From Dicyema japonicum (taxonomy: Eukaryota; Animalia; Dicyemida), in the NCBI GenBank assembly GCA_011109175.1, contig RDEW01000006.1:1113989-1177988 (forward strand): DNA of 64,000 nucleotides, written 5' to 3'. A program made the translations under genes and the position numbers. The notes below the pieces were generated by a model, which was not told the origin of the DNA, did no database searches, and was given only the letters and a program-made list of their open reading frames with translations. Positions 35,861-48,929 of the stretch are shown piece by piece. Position 1 is the stretch's first letter. Every line of letters begins with the position of its first letter.

Positions 35861-36611
35861 AAAATAAAAATTTGCGATTTTGGCCCAGTGGTACCATATT
35901 GTGCCAGGTGGCTAGTTGATTGAAGATTTCTCTTTCTTTCTGGTGGCGTCATCCACCTTACTAAAGAGACGCCTAATTTATCCACCAAAGACTTGACTGA
36001 TAAATGTGAATAGCCATATTAACGAAAGGAATGACTGTAATAAACTCATATCCCCCAATATTTATAAATAGGTTAGTTTTAAAATTTTCCATGAATAACT
36101 GTGTCAAGGGAGAATTTTCTGTCGAAATAATTCATGAAAGTTATAAATCTTCAATGGTTCCGGTAACAAAAAACGAGAATTTAGAGGGAGAAGGAAACAT
36201 ACTTTGTATCAAAACTAATTTCATAAATTTGTAAAAACCCCAAATCGTGACAGTTAGAGAGATAATGCATATCACGTCCTTATTGATGTATGTTAAAACT
36301 CATTTGTTAGCCATAAAATGAGGGATTTTGTGGGTAATTTTGTGGTCCTCAATGAAGACATCTGCCAATGCAGCGAGATTCCACTTGAAGACTTCATAAA
36401 CATGCATGAGCTTCAACGTATCACACCTCTATTGTTCGTGCTCTCCTTGACAACTGTGGTAATCTGGTCTCTTACTCTGACCATTCTTGTTTAGGGATAT
36501 TTTCTTAAGCTCACTCACAGATATAGCAGTACATAGCTCCACCAAGTATGGCCAGCAATACCAGGGTATTCTGGGTAGCCTGCTACGTACCTGCAAGACT
36601 ACATGTAGCAT

Positions 36612-36748
36612 TGTGGTTAATCCTGTCGCTCGAGTCACAATTATATGTGGGTTTGATTATCATATATTAACGTTTTGACCTTTCCAGAGGTTAAACAAGG
36701 ATTGCCAGTACTCTGAGGGTGATTGTTCGAATCTAAATCATGCTTACC
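36612..36748. repeat. ~135-bp dispersed repeat (second copy 42945-43080), origin unknown
   Basis: GTGGTTAATCC..CGAGTCACAATTA..TTAACGTTTTGACC..CAGAGGTTAAACAAGGATTGCCAGTAC..ATCTAAATCAT is present at both sites. Confidence 0.7.
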
Positions 36749-37011
36749 TCTCCCAAACCTACACTACAAACCATCAATGTCATTCTCTTTGCAAAACCCT
36801 CAACAAAAGAAAAATTACACTGTTCGTCTACAATGCCATAAATGACTGATCTATGGGAGCGACGACATACGTCCTATTAAATAGGCCTTGTTCTCCTAAA
36901 AGTCAGTACTTAACTAAAAGAGAGAGACAGAAGTTAAGAGAATTTTTTAATGTGAGATGAAATAAAATTAGGATGCCTAGTGAAGGTAATTATCAATAAA
37001 ATTCCTTTCGT

Positions 37012-37701
37012 TTATACTTTCTCTGGTAATTTTGAGGGAGAGACCTTCGACGAGCATTGATGAACCAGTTATTGATTTGCACGTGTGTTAGATTTGTTTT
37101 GTAAACCATTTCAGCCTTTTCTTGTTCAGTTGGATAAGGGTTCTGTTATAAGTGTGAAACAAACCATAGCATTCTCATATAACCATTTTCGTAATATATT
37201 TGTTGATTTGATTGATAAACATCTTTTTTCTAATTTGTCTGTAATTTCTGAATCCTAATTAAATTAATAAAATACTTTAAATGTTTCATTTTTTAATATT
37301 TGCACTAATATTTATTATTTATTAATACTTTTAATCTTTTCTATATTTGATTTTAATTCGTATTTGTAGTAATTAGAATACGTGTCTTTAAACTTATTAA
37401 TATAATCATTCATCAGTTTAAACTCCAACAATTGACTCCACAGTGATTCGATCGCACACTTTATCTACCATTACATATTAATAAATACCACTTCTTCCAC
37501 TTCCTTACTCCCTTCTTTTTTGTTTTTAAAGCTTTCTAACATACAAATTTGAATTTCTGAGATATCATCCATCACTAAAGTCCCCCTTGTTATTAAATTT
37601 AGTTTTTCATAAATTTTATTAATAACTTTGAATAAAAAATGACTAATTTATATATAAAACTACTTTTTAATTTCCATTTTAATTAAATCTTTAGAACTCA
37701 T
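37012..37701 (-). CDS. TALE-class homeobox gene, Meis/PKNOX(Prep)/homothorax-like (MEIS domain + homeodomain)
   Basis: Spliced: [13 protein letters not shown]|[23 protein letters not shown]|[50 protein letters not shown]|[35 protein letters not shown]. The PYP loop and WFINARRR are present; introns 21-24 nt. Confidence 0.88.
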
Positions 37702-37830
37702 TACGAAATATACGTTTAAATTATATTTAAAGGTATAAATTAAACAGCAGTTAATCCTTACTTTGAATATAAGAGTACTTACATGTTCTTTAATATTCAC
37801 TATAAAAGGTTGTTCAATAAATTATAATTT

Positions 37831-39850
37831 TTGATGCATTGCATGAGTATTTTCATAAGGTGATTGTCGATGTTGTTAATGGAAAATGTATTCCAGGGGA
37901 TTGGTCATACTGGGATAACGCATCGTTTACCAAAAAGGAATATTGTGAGGCATCAAAGATTTACGACCAACTACATGCATGCCGAACTTATATAAACTGA
38001 TAACAAAATGTGTCAATAAGAAACTAAGTGATTTTGTTGACACATTCCAAATAATCTCAGATATCCAACTAGGAACGAAGTGTCAGGGTGCTAATAAATC
38101 AGTGTATTAACCAAGAATTTGACAACTCTTTATATTCAGCATGGATAGACGTCCAAAAAGCGTTTGACAGCCGTGAATTCCTATTTAAAACTCAACAATG
38201 CACATTAGCCAGTCTAGTCTATCGATGATTACCTATGCCACTAACAATTTGCTTTTTATGGATGATCTAAAAATATTTGCCCAGAAAGAGGCCACGATTA
38301 TTAAGATGATGCACGACATTGAATTATTTTTTGAATCAGCAGGACTCAATAAAAACATTAAGTCGGCTACTAATGTTGAATGTTTATCAAAGGAAGCAAA
38401 ATATTTGGATGGAACTGAAGGCTATCGATACCTTGGAGTGTTGGAGGATAAATGGAGTAACACTCTAAAACAGGAAATTTTAGAAAAGATTGCCGATGAA
38501 GTTATAAAAAGAATTAAAGGTTTGGCAAGCACAAAGTTGAATGCAGTAAATATGTTCAAAGCAATTAACGAATCCGCACTGTCACTTTACAACTATTATA
38601 TTGGACTAATCAACATTGAACCACATGAGTTTGAGGATTTTGATGTTGACGTTTGACGTATTATTTATGAGATAAAACTTCATTTAAAGCCTGCAAATAA
38701 AAAGAGGCTTTATTTATAAAGAGATAAACTTGGGAGAGGACTCACTTCAATCGTGTTCAAAAGTGGATGCATGTTGTTCCAATTCCTCCATGATTTGGAA
38801 GGAAAATCTAATGTATGTCTGAGGAAAGCTGAATTCTGCGGATTGTCAATTTAAAGAAAACACATATGCCCACGATCGCCGGGATAATTCCTCTGCAATG
38901 GATGTACGGAAACTTAAACCAAGTTCAAATTGAATAGTTATTGATGAAAATTAACAGTAAATCTCTTCATTCTATGTTATTCAAAAAAGACCCGACTGTT
39001 GACATTGCATCATCTTCGGGATGGCTACGAGGGAGACCAAAAATTTGTTCTTTGAAGAAAAAGGATCGAATTGCAATCATTGTAAATCTTCCAAACAAAG
39101 CAGTCGATCATTTGGCAACGAGATGCAATAAGGTGTTAAATAGTGATTACATACGACGTCACAATGAGGTGGTGAGATGATTCATTTAAACCTGTGTCGT
39201 AAATATGGAATCACATATTCAAAGAAACTGAAGACTCACGCAGTCCAATCAATAGTAACAACTGAGAATGTTGAGATCCGAGTCGATACAACGCAATTGA
39301 CGGATGTCAAAGTACAACATAACAAGCCGGACATATTTGTTTGATAAAAGGACAAGTGAGATTACTTTAGTGGAGGTTGGAATCACTTCTCAGGAGATGC
39401 TGAAGGTGGTTGAGGTAGAAAAACTTCATAAATACGACCTCCTCGTTGGAGAGTTGTCTCAAATATACAACGCGAAAATTATTCCTATTGTTTTGACTTG
39501 GGAGGGAATTGTAAGTTCTACAAGTCATATATGGATGTTTTGGACGTGGATATAATTCCGAGATTAAATCTATTGTGTTAAACAAAACTCTTGAAAGAAT
39601 GTTAGTGGAGCAGCGAAATGGGATGAACTTTCAAGAGAGTGATGTCATTCATTTCCTACAACGAAAGTCTCTACAACAATTTGAGGATGACGGAATCGTG
39701 CCCATAGAACAACAATGCTGGAGTGAAGATCATATTGGTGATGGTGACCAAGAGATTGCAGTTAAGGAATGGCTCAAACGAAAGAAATTAAATTAATACA
39801 GCCAATCAATTTTAAATATTTAATTCTGACTTTTGGTTTTTGTTTAATTG
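37831..39850 (+). mobile_element. R4/Dong-like RLE non-LTR retrotransposon, 5'-truncated and decayed, flanked by a ~95-bp direct repeat
   Basis: WIDVQKAFDS, LFMDDLK, YRYLGV, LNAVNMFKAIN, LGRGL, VDHLATRC..RRHNEV, NKPD-like, LVEVGIT. Confidence 0.85.
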
Positions 39851-40304
39851 TAAATTAAACAGCAATTAATCCTTACTTTGAATATGAGTACTTACATGTT
39901 CTTTAATATTCATTATAAAAGGTTGTTCAATAAATTATAATTTATTTTCCCATACTTTTAAATTAGTTTATACTTTCACAATATTCATCAGTCTCATTGC
40001 CGAACAGGATTGTCTATAAAGGACTTCTGCTTCCTTGGTTCCTCTTCGAATATTTAATACTACTGGTCTTTGCTTAAAAATAAAGTGTGTATCCTGTCTG
40101 GGATGAGCGATATGACTCTTCTTAAAGAACAGTATTATTATGAGTCGTGTAGAAGATCAGTTTTTCGGTGAAGTATTCAATAGCGTCAAACCTAGAGTAT
40201 CAGCGGAATGTACAACTGTGAGATTAGAACAAAACTTATAAAGAGGGTAGTTTTAAATCCATTTTCATAGTTTTCACAGTCCATTTTAAAAAAGAATTAA
40301 TTTT

Positions 40305-40590
40305 ATTTAACCAGAAATACACCGTCAGAGACAACGAAAAAATTTAGGTTATCCTGGCCTCCCTCAGCAATCTTCGCATGCTCTGAATTGAAGGAAGTGC
40401 CGTCCAGGGGAACTCCTCTGGATAATTGTTAACTAATGGTCCTTTTTGGATTTAATTTAAGATTATATCTGGCGCAACCAGAGATGGTGAACCAATGAAT
40501 TACGCTAACAATTCAAGCTTCCTAGAGACAAAAGAGAAGAGGAAAAACAAATACAAAATCTTCAATTCACGTAGCCACATAGCACCGCAC
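40305..40590 (-). mobile_element. Non-autonomous internal-deletion derivative of the 43345-45513 LINE family, with HDV-like fold at 40436-40507
   Basis: 5' ATCCAGA..CCTGGACGGCACTTCCT matches 45435-45465. 3' GAGGGAGGCCAGGATAACCTAA matches 43360-43381. Fold: GCGTA..TGGTTC-ACC-ATCTCT-GGT-TGCGC-CA-GATATAAT(CTTAA)ATTAAATC-CAAAAA-GGACCA. Confidence 0.78.
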
Positions 40591-40769
40591 TAACTTTGTC
40601 GCAACGTAACATAGTTGCCAATAACTTTATAAAAATTGTAAGATTATTAAGTGTTGGCTTTAAAAACTATTAATGTGATAATAATGGAACAATAATAGTC
40701 AATTAACGCTCTTTGAAGCTGCCCCACTTACACTTTCAGGCTGTTCGAGTAAATAATTTGGGGAGTCAT

Positions 40770-42480
40770 GGGTTGAGTTTTTTTTCAATTTGTTCATTCA
40801 TATTTTCAAGCAACCTCAATAGCCTTCGTAAATCATTCCAACATCAATATTAGTTTCCTACAAACCCATTTTTATGTCGATAGGGGTTACTCTTAGCCTC
40901 TTACTCATCGTTGTTTGGAATTCCCACTTTATCTTTTTTTGGCGATTGTTAGGATGTGATTCCCACTTCTATTGGAGTTATTGTATTCTTCATATTATCA
41001 AACACAACTATGTCGGGTTTATTATTTTGTACCTTTGTGTCCAAGGCTATTGTTGCATCCACTCGAATTTTCATTTTTTTATGTTTTGGTTGTCAAATTT
41101 GGAAGGTTTTATGAGCCCAATGTAGTAATTATAAGGATAAAGTATGTTCATTTATGACTGAACATGTTAAGAGTTCAATATTGTATTTTCTAGACTGTCC
41201 TCTTTTTAACCCCATCAAATATTTACTTAAACACTTTGTTTTTCAATACGATGCTTGTTTATCCTCTAACACATCAAGGAATCTACATCCATATTCCGTC
41301 AAGAAAATTACCTTCAGATCCCAAGGTGAGCACATTCGTAGCAGATTTGACTTTTTGTTCAAGTCAAAAAAGAAAAAGAATTAATCTCCTACATCATAAT
41401 CGTTGTGTTTGCTTCTCGAAGGAATAATTTTAGATCGTCCATAACAGGAGGTGGTTGGTTAAATAACTATGAGATCTTTGGTCGTGGTTGTCAATAACCA
41501 CTTTGAGGTATTTCGTATCCTGCTATGAAGGTCTATTACAAGCACGAAAATCTGCGGTGACAGAGTCATGATGCAGTATCCTTCTCTTTACCTTGATTTC
41601 CCCAATTTCTTTGTGATTAAAATTCAGTAAAGGAGTCTAGAGTTATTGAGTACTAAAATTATTCCAGTCAGTCTATCCAAGCAGTGGCCAAATTATTCAC
41701 GTTCTGCTGGTTGATGCATTGGTTTAATAGTGCCTGCTCCTTAGCCTCTTGGTACATTCTTCTTGTTCCCAATTGATTGTCACTGATGGTATGCCTCAAT
41801 ATACTCTGATAATTTTCTGTTCAAACACTTTGTAACCAACTTGTATAAACTACACGTAATTGGTCTTAAGTCCTTTGGGAAATACGTCTTTCTTTGGGAT
41901 GAGATGTGTAATTCCAGCGTAGAACCACTCATCTGGAATATACTTTCTGTCATTAACTTGGAGACCTCTTCACAGAGGTGGTCATGAATTTATGTGAATT
42001 TTTGAGGAAGAAGTTATACACCCAATCACATCTACTAATTCTTCAGTTCGGGAGCTGTTTAATTAGGGTACTTTCTTTACTAAAGTCTACAAATGTATTT
42101 TCTTCCCGATCACTTTTTTTTCATCAAAAATTTGTTCACATTTTCGCCTATTTTTTCCATAATAAAAGACACTCGCTTTTGTTGAACAAAAATTGAGCAT
42201 TCATTTGCTCCTTGTTTAAGCCACGATAACAATATCTTCGATTGAGTTCAAAACACCAATTATGTTTTTTGAATTCCTTTCTAGATTCATGGATTCGAAG
42301 TCTTTTCTCACAATCTTTATGCCATCCTGAATACAAGCACTGATTCTCCAGAATTCACCTTTATTTGACTTTCAATATCCACATTAGCAAAGCATATCCC
42401 TCGTTTCATCATATCTTTCGTTCCTTCTCTTTTCGGTAAGCTCTGTTATTTGTTCAAACTGCCTCTTCAATTTTGTAAGT
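40770..42480 (-). mobile_element. Second R4/Dong-like RLE retroelement, decayed
   Basis: IPDEWFYAGITHLIPK, GYCIMTLSPQIF, YLKVVI and NPNNRQK-type remnants across frameshifts; related to 37831-39850. Confidence 0.6.
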
Positions 42481-43344
42481 TTGGCTTTCATATTGTTTGA
42501 CCTGATTATCGCCTCTAAAGACAGTGACGTTAAGAATCAACGAAGGATGTCCAGAACCACTTGAACTCTCTTGAAGGGTGGCTTAGATTAAATCATTTTC
42601 TCCTCCATTTAAATCCACCGTCACTGTATTCACATTGTAACAACGCCAACTAAATTATCATCCAATTTGAACATTCATGGACAATCACTTCCAATTAAAA
42701 GCATCCCAAAAATACTTGGAGTCATTTTCGACAAACTACTGACTTTTTCGAAACATGTGGGGGAACAATATAGAAAGGTCGAAAGGTCTTTCCATCATAA
42801 CAATTAATTCTAACCACAATTAACTATAACTAATTCTATTGACAAAAAATATCCAAAACAACTCGCTCGGAAGAATTACTGGATGTCTCAAATCACCCCC
42901 TATTGATCACTGGGAATCAAAAATCTCTTACGATAAGATAGCATAGTGGTTAATCCATTCGTTCGAGTCACAATTATCTGTGGGTTTTATTATCACACAT
43001 TAACGTTTTGACCTTCCCAGAGGTTAAACAAGGATTGCCAGTACCCTGAGGGTAGTTGTTCAAATCTAAATCATCCTTACATGTAATATCCTAGACCATA
43101 ATTTCTCAGCTTTTTAACGTCAGGTCCAAATCGATAATTTACCCGTCCCTTCTGGGCTGCAAAAAAATAATTCAAAAAGTTAATTAATTTGTCATAACAC
43201 GGAATAAAGGAGGCACACGTAGATCGCAACAACTGACTTAGGTGACTATCAGTCAATTTATGTGATATTTATTCTTTATGTGAATTATTTTACTGAATAT
43301 TGATTCACATAAATATGTCATTCAAACATTGAATCGTGTTTATA

Positions 43345-45513
43345 AGCAATAAACAAAATTCAGGTGATCCCGGCCTCCCTCAACAGTCTTCATATCTTTT
43401 CTCGGTGTTCCGACTGCGTTCCTGTGCATTTCCGATATGGACGGGGTCCGCATACTTGAGTCCTTCGCAGGAGCACTGTTCCAGTCGTTTCTATCATATT
43501 TTCAAGGTTTCTGGGCAGGATTTCCACACGGGAAGATTTCCTTAATAGGTTTGCTGCCTTCACTTGAATGTTGCAGATCTTGTCCAAATTCGTTGCAACA
43601 AAGTTAGATCACCAGACATTAAATGCATATCTTATTGTAGACTAGATGAACTGTTTGTATATGACATCCAGTCCTCTTTTTGTCTCAGGTTTCCAAGAAC
43701 GCCTTCAGGAAGTTGATTTTCCTTGTACAAGTCAGTAACATATTTTCGACATGGTCTGTTAAGGTTATGAAGGTGTCAAAGGTAACTCCTAGGATTTTCT
43801 AGAATTTGTTTGCGGGATATTCTTCCCATCCAGTGTGACATCAATTGATACTTTCCCTAGTTTTCTGTTCGAATAGGGTCAACATCTAGGAAGGAATGTC
43901 GTGTGAGTATCATAATCATCCTTTCTAAGATTTTTGTCTGGACGCACAAGAGCGACAAAGGCTTGTAAGAAGCCGGGACCTCCCTTGGTTTCCAAGACTT
44001 CAGAATTGGATGAATATTCGAAAGTTTTCATATAGCTGGAATACAGTAAAGTTGATTGAGTAGTTGAAGATGTATGTTAGTGCTGATACGCCCAATGTGC
44101 CCATCTTTTTCAACAGAATAACTGGGATCCCGTTCGGTCCACAGGAATATGTGTTCTTTGTTCGATAGATCTCCAAAGCGACATCTCCCGGTAGAAATAC
44201 ATTGTTGGAAGCTTCCTTTTTGGTTTCGGTTTTTTGTGTGGAGGAATATTCATCCTTTTGGAAAGGTTTGTGGCTTATTCTCACACAATGTTTGATAAAT
44301 TTATTCAGATCCATCTCCTGTTCACGGTCTCCCTCTATTTTATTTTCGGCGTTTTTGACATTTTGCAGCATCCTACAAATGTTGGTAAGTTAACTATTTT
44401 TTCATAGCATTAGAAATTCGGCCCAGTTTTGTTTGTTGGAGAAGTTTTGACTTTTCCATGTTCAGTGCACTGATTCTGTTAGTATCATATTTTGTTAGGT
44501 GCTTTTTACGTTTGAGACAATTTCTATTTTTTATTAGTTTGATTATGCTAGCAACATACTTCTTGGTGAGTTTTAAGATTCCTTTTCTGACAATTGCTCT
44601 ATCAATTGAAATTATTCGGATGGAAATTCAATAAGGACGAATCCACGTATCTTCTGAATCCTCTCCAGTCAGCATTAATATAGTCATAAAAATGACGTGT
44701 TTTGACCGCGTCATTGGTGTACAATTGATCTTAGTCAGAATGGGATTATGGTCGTTTCGTAGATCACAGTGTACCCATCAGCATATAAGCGGAGCAAGCC
44801 ATGGTGAACATGATGTAATATCGGGCGATGTAAGCGAATCTTTGCTATTATACGGGGTTCGAGTATTCCTATTTGGGTCGTTCATAATGGACAGATTTTC
44901 TAATTGGGGAATAATATTAAACCCCATTGTGTCTGGAGGTTGTTTCTCATTCCACGAAGGGTGCTTGGCATCAAAATCCCGAACACCAACAAGTTTTCCA
45001 TCATATCTAGGGCAGACAAATCCATAGAAAACCCATTGCACAGGAACCTGGAGGGGGAACATAGACGTTGGCGATAATAATAGCTCCGAGAGAGGTCTGT
45101 ACCGAAATCCTAATAACTTCTGTGTTTGCGTCTTCTATCAGATTCCTGAATATGGAGAAGTGTTTATCGAACATAATGCCTTTCCTGACAAGGTCAATAG
45201 TCCCCCAATACATTGAAACCGATAAATTTAGGAGTAGTGGAATTCCCAGAAAGTTTAATCTCTTGTAAATGGCAGATATCAATTTTATTCCTCTCCAAAT
45301 ACAATCTCAGTTCGGATGCCTTGCCTCTGACTCCGTTAATGTTCAGGCTAAGTATCTTTAAAAACTTTGGTCCCGGATTCATTTCAACATCTCCTAACAT
45401 GACGAGTCTCCACCGAAAAAGTGCACGGATGTGTAGGAAGTGCCGTCCAGGAAAACTCTCTGGATGGTTGTATCCAAAAAGGACTTTTTGGATACAATTT
45501 TGACTTGTATCTG
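43345..45513 (-). mobile_element. Ingi/Vingi-like LINE with intact 2A motif; decayed and internally deleted
   Basis: RLVMLGDVEMNPGP-KFLKILSLNING..LQE, NVYVPP, DFDAKHPSW, SPDIT, KILGVTFD, C-terminal CGPRPY..H, ending LLREAGIT*. Confidence 0.85.
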
Positions 45514-45711
45514 AATAATCGATAAATATTAATAATTATAATCAATAAATTAATCAATACTAAATGTTGTTAATTTGTTATACTAAGTTCGATAAAACGA
45601 TAGTTTTCCCTTGTTAATTTGTTATTCCCAGTGTTGCTCAAGGAGGCTGGGATCACCTGACGGCCCCACTCTCTTTTGTTTTGTTGGTGATTCTTGGTTC
45701 TATATATTAAT

Positions 45712-46445
45712 ATTATTATTAAGGCACTTTCACGAAAGCCATAATGTTTATAGCCCCATGTGCAACACTCATAGAAACAATATTTATAGTTAATCTCTTT
45801 TATCTACCTCTGTCAAATGCTAGTGATCTCAATTCGTCCAGATCGTCCTTTGTCTTTAGATTTTTTCTCACACGATTTAGATCTTTGTTTAAGGCAGTCG
45901 GAAGTGTCGATCTAGGTCGTCCTCGGAAGGGTTTGCCGCAACTGTCAAAGTAATCTTCCATCGCTTTGTTAGCGGGTGCGTCTGGGTTCATTCTTAGTAC
46001 ATGCCGAAATAGCCTCCACCGGGAATCTATCACATCCTTGCTGATGTATGAACACACACTTGTTATAAATACCAGTGGTTGATATTCTACGTGGCCACTC
46101 CATTCCGAGTAAGCTTCTTAGTTGCCTTCTATGGAACGAATCCAGTTTCAATAGTTTGTTGAAGGAACTTTCCCATGTCCCAGCGTTGTACAGTAGGATC
46201 TGTTTCACAAACGCGTTGTAAAGCCTGCATGTAATGTTCAATTCCAAGTCCTTTGGCTCTTAAACCATCCTTTCCTCAGTTTAGCAATTTGCCGCATTTG
46301 CCCAGTTGTTTTCCTCCTTAGTGGCATCTTCAGCGTCTCATAGTAGAGAAGCCGAGCTAATTAGTACATCTTCATCTTTCATGAGTAATATCGTCTTCTC
46401 TTGATTTCAGTAATTTCAGTTTTGTTTTACATTTATGCTGAGAAA
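45712..46445 (-). mobile_element. RTE 3' fragment of the same family as 4580-7573
   Basis: LYNAFVKQILLYNAGTW..LDSFHRRQLR..RWRLFRHVLRM..FRGRPRSTLP; similar 3' UTR and (TAA)n tail. Confidence 0.88.
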
Positions 46446-47269
46446 ACCATCTAGATCGTCCTCAAGCTCAAACCAAGTTTTAAGAGGTTTAGGATTAGAT
46501 TGAATGTTCTTTATTGAGAGGTAGGATTTAGATTGAATGTTTTCCACAAGAAAGTATTGCACATTATGAGATTTTGGCTTTATCCTTGTCTAAAATATCT
46601 TCAAAGGTAAGTTTATCACATGTCTAAACTTAATGATTTTGGTAATTCTGGCAAAGTAGGGAAATCCATGACATACAGATCTATAGGGTTATTATATATT
46701 CTACAGGGACCCTCGACATTATGAAACTCATGGTTCCTCAAAAACCACATGAAAATATCCCCTGGTAAGTCGAGCACTGCGATTATCTCCTCTACAGAAA
46801 ACATTAATCTTTCGATCCTAAATTAACTTGGAATGGAGAGCTTATCCCAGTTAATAGGAACCCATCAATCTTTAAAGTTACATATGACGTTCACACATCA
46901 TGTGGACATAATAATTTCAAGAGTTCAATAAAAGATGGGGATCCTCAAGACCTTTGCTTTGCTTTCCAATATCTTCGCTTTCCAATCTAAAATTATTATA
47001 CAAACAGTATATTCTACCGACAATGAAACATGCATGTACGGCGTACACCCTTGTCAATATCCACGCAGAACAAATTAGAGGTCATACAAAACCAATGCAT
47101 CCGGATCCTTCTTAAATGTGGACAGAACGACGCCTAAATGAGGAACACATTAGATCTCAAAAAAAGTTAGAGAGTTTTCAACCATAGAAGGTATCAATGC
47201 TGCAAGTAGAGAATTAACAAATCTACTGCAGTCATATCTTCATCTGTATTCACGAAAGGTTTTCTCAAA

Positions 47270-48730
47270 AAAATCATTATTTTGTGTCGCCAATTATTAT
47301 GAGGCTTATTCGGGAGAGGAATTGCCTAAGGGCAAAGCAAAGACGTTGTGCTGACAAAATAGACGGGGAATTCATATCAGCCAGAATCAGGATGATGAAG
47401 GAAGCAATCAGCAATATATGGAAGGAGGAGACTGACCGTATATGGAAAGCTGAGGCTGCAAAAATTGATATGAAGAATCCCTCTTTTTGGAAATGCTATC
47501 AGAAGATAATGTGTCTGAAGTCGGGTGCAGAAAAAATTATACTGGATAAACCAGACGGGGGAGTATGCATAACGAAGGAAACACCTTCGATATTCAGGGA
47601 TCAGCTCCAAAAAATTCAGGGTGTGGATCCGTGGAGTTTGATCCCTGATGACAAAAAGAAGGTGTCTGCCGATATATTTAAACACTCCGACGAGGAACTA
47701 CTTATTGCTGATAGCACTGTCAGCATCTTTGAAGTGATGACAGCTATCAGGGAATGCAAGGTCAATGCTCCAGGATGTGACCACATATCAATGAAACTTA
47801 TCTAAGAGGGTCCGGATATTTTGTTTGACTATCTGCGATGTCTTTATGATGGGTGTTTACGACTTGGCCACTTGCCTTTAATATGGAAGAAAGCTGTTGT
47901 GAGGATGATTCCAAAACCAGGGAAGCCAAAGAGAGATCCGGCAAGCTACAGACCAATTATTTTAGTATGTTCTTTCGCGAAAGTGATTGAACGTATCATT
48001 TTCAAAAGGCTAAGCAGACATATAGAAGAAAACGACTTTCTGATTCCGGAGCAGTGGGGTTTTCGTCCCGGAAGAGGCTGTACAGACTGTTTCTTTCTAC
48101 TGAATTCTGAAATCATGAAAGCAAAGGATTCCAAGAGACAAATAAACTTACTATGTCTTGATATCTCGAAAGCATTCGACAGTGTATGCCATGAAGCGTT
48201 GTTAAAGCAGCTTGTATCAGCATGTGTTCCAAGATAAAACTCTCTGCTGAAAAATCTTGCGCACTCAGAATAAGCAGTTTGAAAAAGCACCTGAAACAAG
48301 AATACACACTGGGAGTAAACAATTCACACAGTCTGCGCTACCTAAGGGTCGACTATGGACACGCAGGAGATTACATGGACGACATAAAGGGGAGGAGAAA
48401 GAGAGCCTTTCAGTCGCTCCTATGTACACGGAAGTTACACGTTAGCCGTGACACTTACCTGTTTATCTTCAAGGGAGTTATTCTCCCTAGCCTACTTTAT
48501 GGGTGCGAGGAATGGTTCTTCTCTCCGAAGAGGGACAAGATCTTATCCCCCCTAGAGAAGACTAGAAGAGCTGCAATTAAGCTCTCCTTAAACAAGAAAC
48601 TGAAAGACTGTCTAAACGAGGACGAAAACAAGCTTTTGGAACCGATTAGCAAGATTGTGGAGGATCGGATCAATGGTTTCAGGAGGAGATCAAAGGTCCA
48701 GGACACATATATAAAGCTGAGAGAATAAAG
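47270..48730 (+). mobile_element. APE-type LINE RT fragment (I/Jockey/CR1-like) with an internal deletion
   Basis: APGCD, WKKAVVRMIPKPGK, YRPI, QWGFRPGR, LDISKAFDSV, then jumps to LRYLRV..ILPSLLYG. Confidence 0.8.
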
Positions 48731-48929
48731 ATTAAAAAGCTGGAAGAAACGTTCCGAAAAAGATTAACACTAAAAAAAAGGAGGAAGGGTCCAGGTGTGG
48801 AGTCCAAGCCTTATGGTAGGACTCAGATGTAATACCCTCCAGAAATCTCCTTAACTCTTTTGTCAATAAATTCGATCTGTTCTCAAAAAAGTTTTTACGG
48901 AAACCATAAAAAATCAACACTCCACATAT

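Noticed and set aside
39945-40265. Possible small host gene beyond the duplicated segment
   Set aside because: Some coding-like composition and possible tiny introns, but no consistent spliced ORF or homology could be built.
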